From Octopus sinensis (lineage: Eukaryota): DNA of 64,000 nucleotides. The stretch is from assembly GCF_006345805.1 (NCBI RefSeq), contig NC_043019.1, positions 26,783,360-26,847,359 on the forward strand, given 5' to 3'. Each line of letters starts with the position of its first letter. The first letter of the stretch is position 1. A program made the translations under genes and the position numbers. The notes under the pieces were generated by a model that saw only the letters and a list, made by a program, of their open reading frames with translations, did no database searches and was not told where the DNA came from. Positions 62,606-64,000 of the stretch are shown one piece after another.

Positions 62606-63683
62606 ATCATCATCATCATTTAATGTCTGCTTTCCATGCTGGCATGGGTTGGACGGTTTGACTGACGATTGGCAAGCCAAGAGGCTGAGCTGGGCTCCAA
62701 TCTATTCTGGCTGGGTTTCTACAGCTGGATGCCCTTCCTAACACCAACCACTCCAACATTTTATGTGCCACCGGCATAAGGGCCAATCAGGTAGCACTGT
62801 CAGTGACTTCGCTCAAATAGTGCTTTTTATGTGCCACCGAAATGGGAGCTAGTCAAGTGGCACTAGCACCAGAATGATGCTTTTTAGGTGCCACTGGCAT
62901 AGGAGCCAGTCAAGTGGCACTGGCAACAACCACGCTTAAATGGTGCTTTTTACATGCCACTGGCATTGGTCACACTCAAATGGTGCTTTTTATGTACCAC
63001 TGGCATGGGTGCCAATCAGGAGGCATGAGGCATCAGCCACAACAACAATTTCACCTCTGAATGCACTCAAATATGTTAAATGAAATCATAATCAACAGAT
63101 CTTGCTGTATTTTCTTTTATTCAAAGCCAGGAACTTTTCAAGCACCACGCCCTGCCTCATACATTCTGTTAAAGAAGTCAGTTGTCCTGCTGAGTGAATA
63201 TCTCTTTGAAAGTCAAAGAGAAAGGAGAACTATGGACAACAGCTTCAAGACATCCAGTTTCTATATCCAGATTATAAATTCATATTTATGAATTGCCGGT
63301 GGCACATAAAAAGCACCATCCGATCGTGGCCGTTGCCAGCCTCACCTGGCCCCCGTGCCGGTGGCACATAAAAAGCACCATCCGTCCGTGGCCATTTGCC
63401 AGCTCCGTCTGGCACCTGTGCGGGTGGCACGTAAAAAGCACCCACAACACTCATGGAGTGGTTGGCATTAGGAAGTGCATCCAGCCGTAGAAACACTGCC
63501 AGATCAGACTGGGCCTGATGCAGCCTTCTGGCTTCACAGACCCCAGTTGAACCGTCCAACCCATGCTAGCATGGAAAACGGACGCTAAATGATGATGATG
63601 ATGATTTGCAGCGTGGAAGGTGTTTATAAGCCATTTAAGAAACACACAAAAACCGTTAGATTTACTTCAACAATTAAATTTAA

Positions 63684-63734
63684 TTTGCCAAAATATTTTC
63701 ATCGCTTTGAGATTGTGACTTGTTCACTGACAAA
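63684..63734 (-). ncRNA. Hammerhead-like fold with G3:C8-swapped core
   Basis: Minus strand UUUGUCA-GUGAACA-A-GUCAC-aaucucaaa-GCGAU-GAA-AAUAUU-U-UGGCAAA; the same core recurs at 49553-49600. Confidence 0.55.
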
Positions 63735-63739
63735 ATTCT

Positions 63740-63975
63740 GTGCTAGCACAGAAGAAGAATTCAAATACTTAAAAGCAAAAGATATATACATACATAATTC
63801 ACATTTATATCTATAATAATTGGTGCACTTGGTTTTTGTGGGTAAATACCTAAGTGAAAGTCTGGATAAACTAGGGTTTTCAGAAAAAGAAATCAACCAA
63901 CTCACTTGTGCATTACAAATAGAATTTGTAAGGGGAACAGTAAAAGTATGCAAGACTTTTCTCAAATTTAAGATT
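63740..63975 (+). mobile_element. Degraded 3' end of another RLE-type non-LTR element
   Basis: IIIGALGF, then a 1-nt frameshift to VGKYLSESLDKLGFSEKEINQLTCALQIEFVRGTVKVCKTFLKFKIC*. Confidence 0.55.
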
Positions 63976-64000
63976 TGTTGAATATAGGTGGATATAGGCA

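Noticed and set aside
63699-63965. LAQNFVSEQ as the next upstream GTPBP1 exon (human ASNFSSER)
   Set aside because: No GT donor in the required phase 2, no upstream GTPBP1 similarity, and the segment belongs to a dispersed repeat family.

Overview
Repeat-saturated animal genomic DNA, probably an octopus. That attribution is inferred from recalled SINE families and microsatellite density and is not checked. Two intron-rich genes converge. ABAT (GABA transaminase) is on +, with 12 coding exons from 5681 to 40479; its first coding exon was not found and is probably upstream of the window. The last four coding exons of GTPBP1 are on -, from 59118 to 54182. The rest is tRNA-derived SINEs, LINE remnants (R4/Dong-like, CR1-like, RTE), a Tigger fossil, mariner/hAT/piggyBac-like MITEs and large microsatellites. 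The main finding is that five unrelated short repeat families each carry a minimal type I hammerhead-ribozyme fold with a palindromic stem III, the Penelope-type architecture that cleaves as a dimer. They include a tRNA-headed SINE with a hammerhead tail and families with non-canonical cores (G3:C8 swap, U6, C4), and most sit at fold-back junctions. Ribozyme activity is inferred from hand folding only. Repeat boundaries are approximate to within a few nucleotides. Comparisons with human and pig proteins are from memory.
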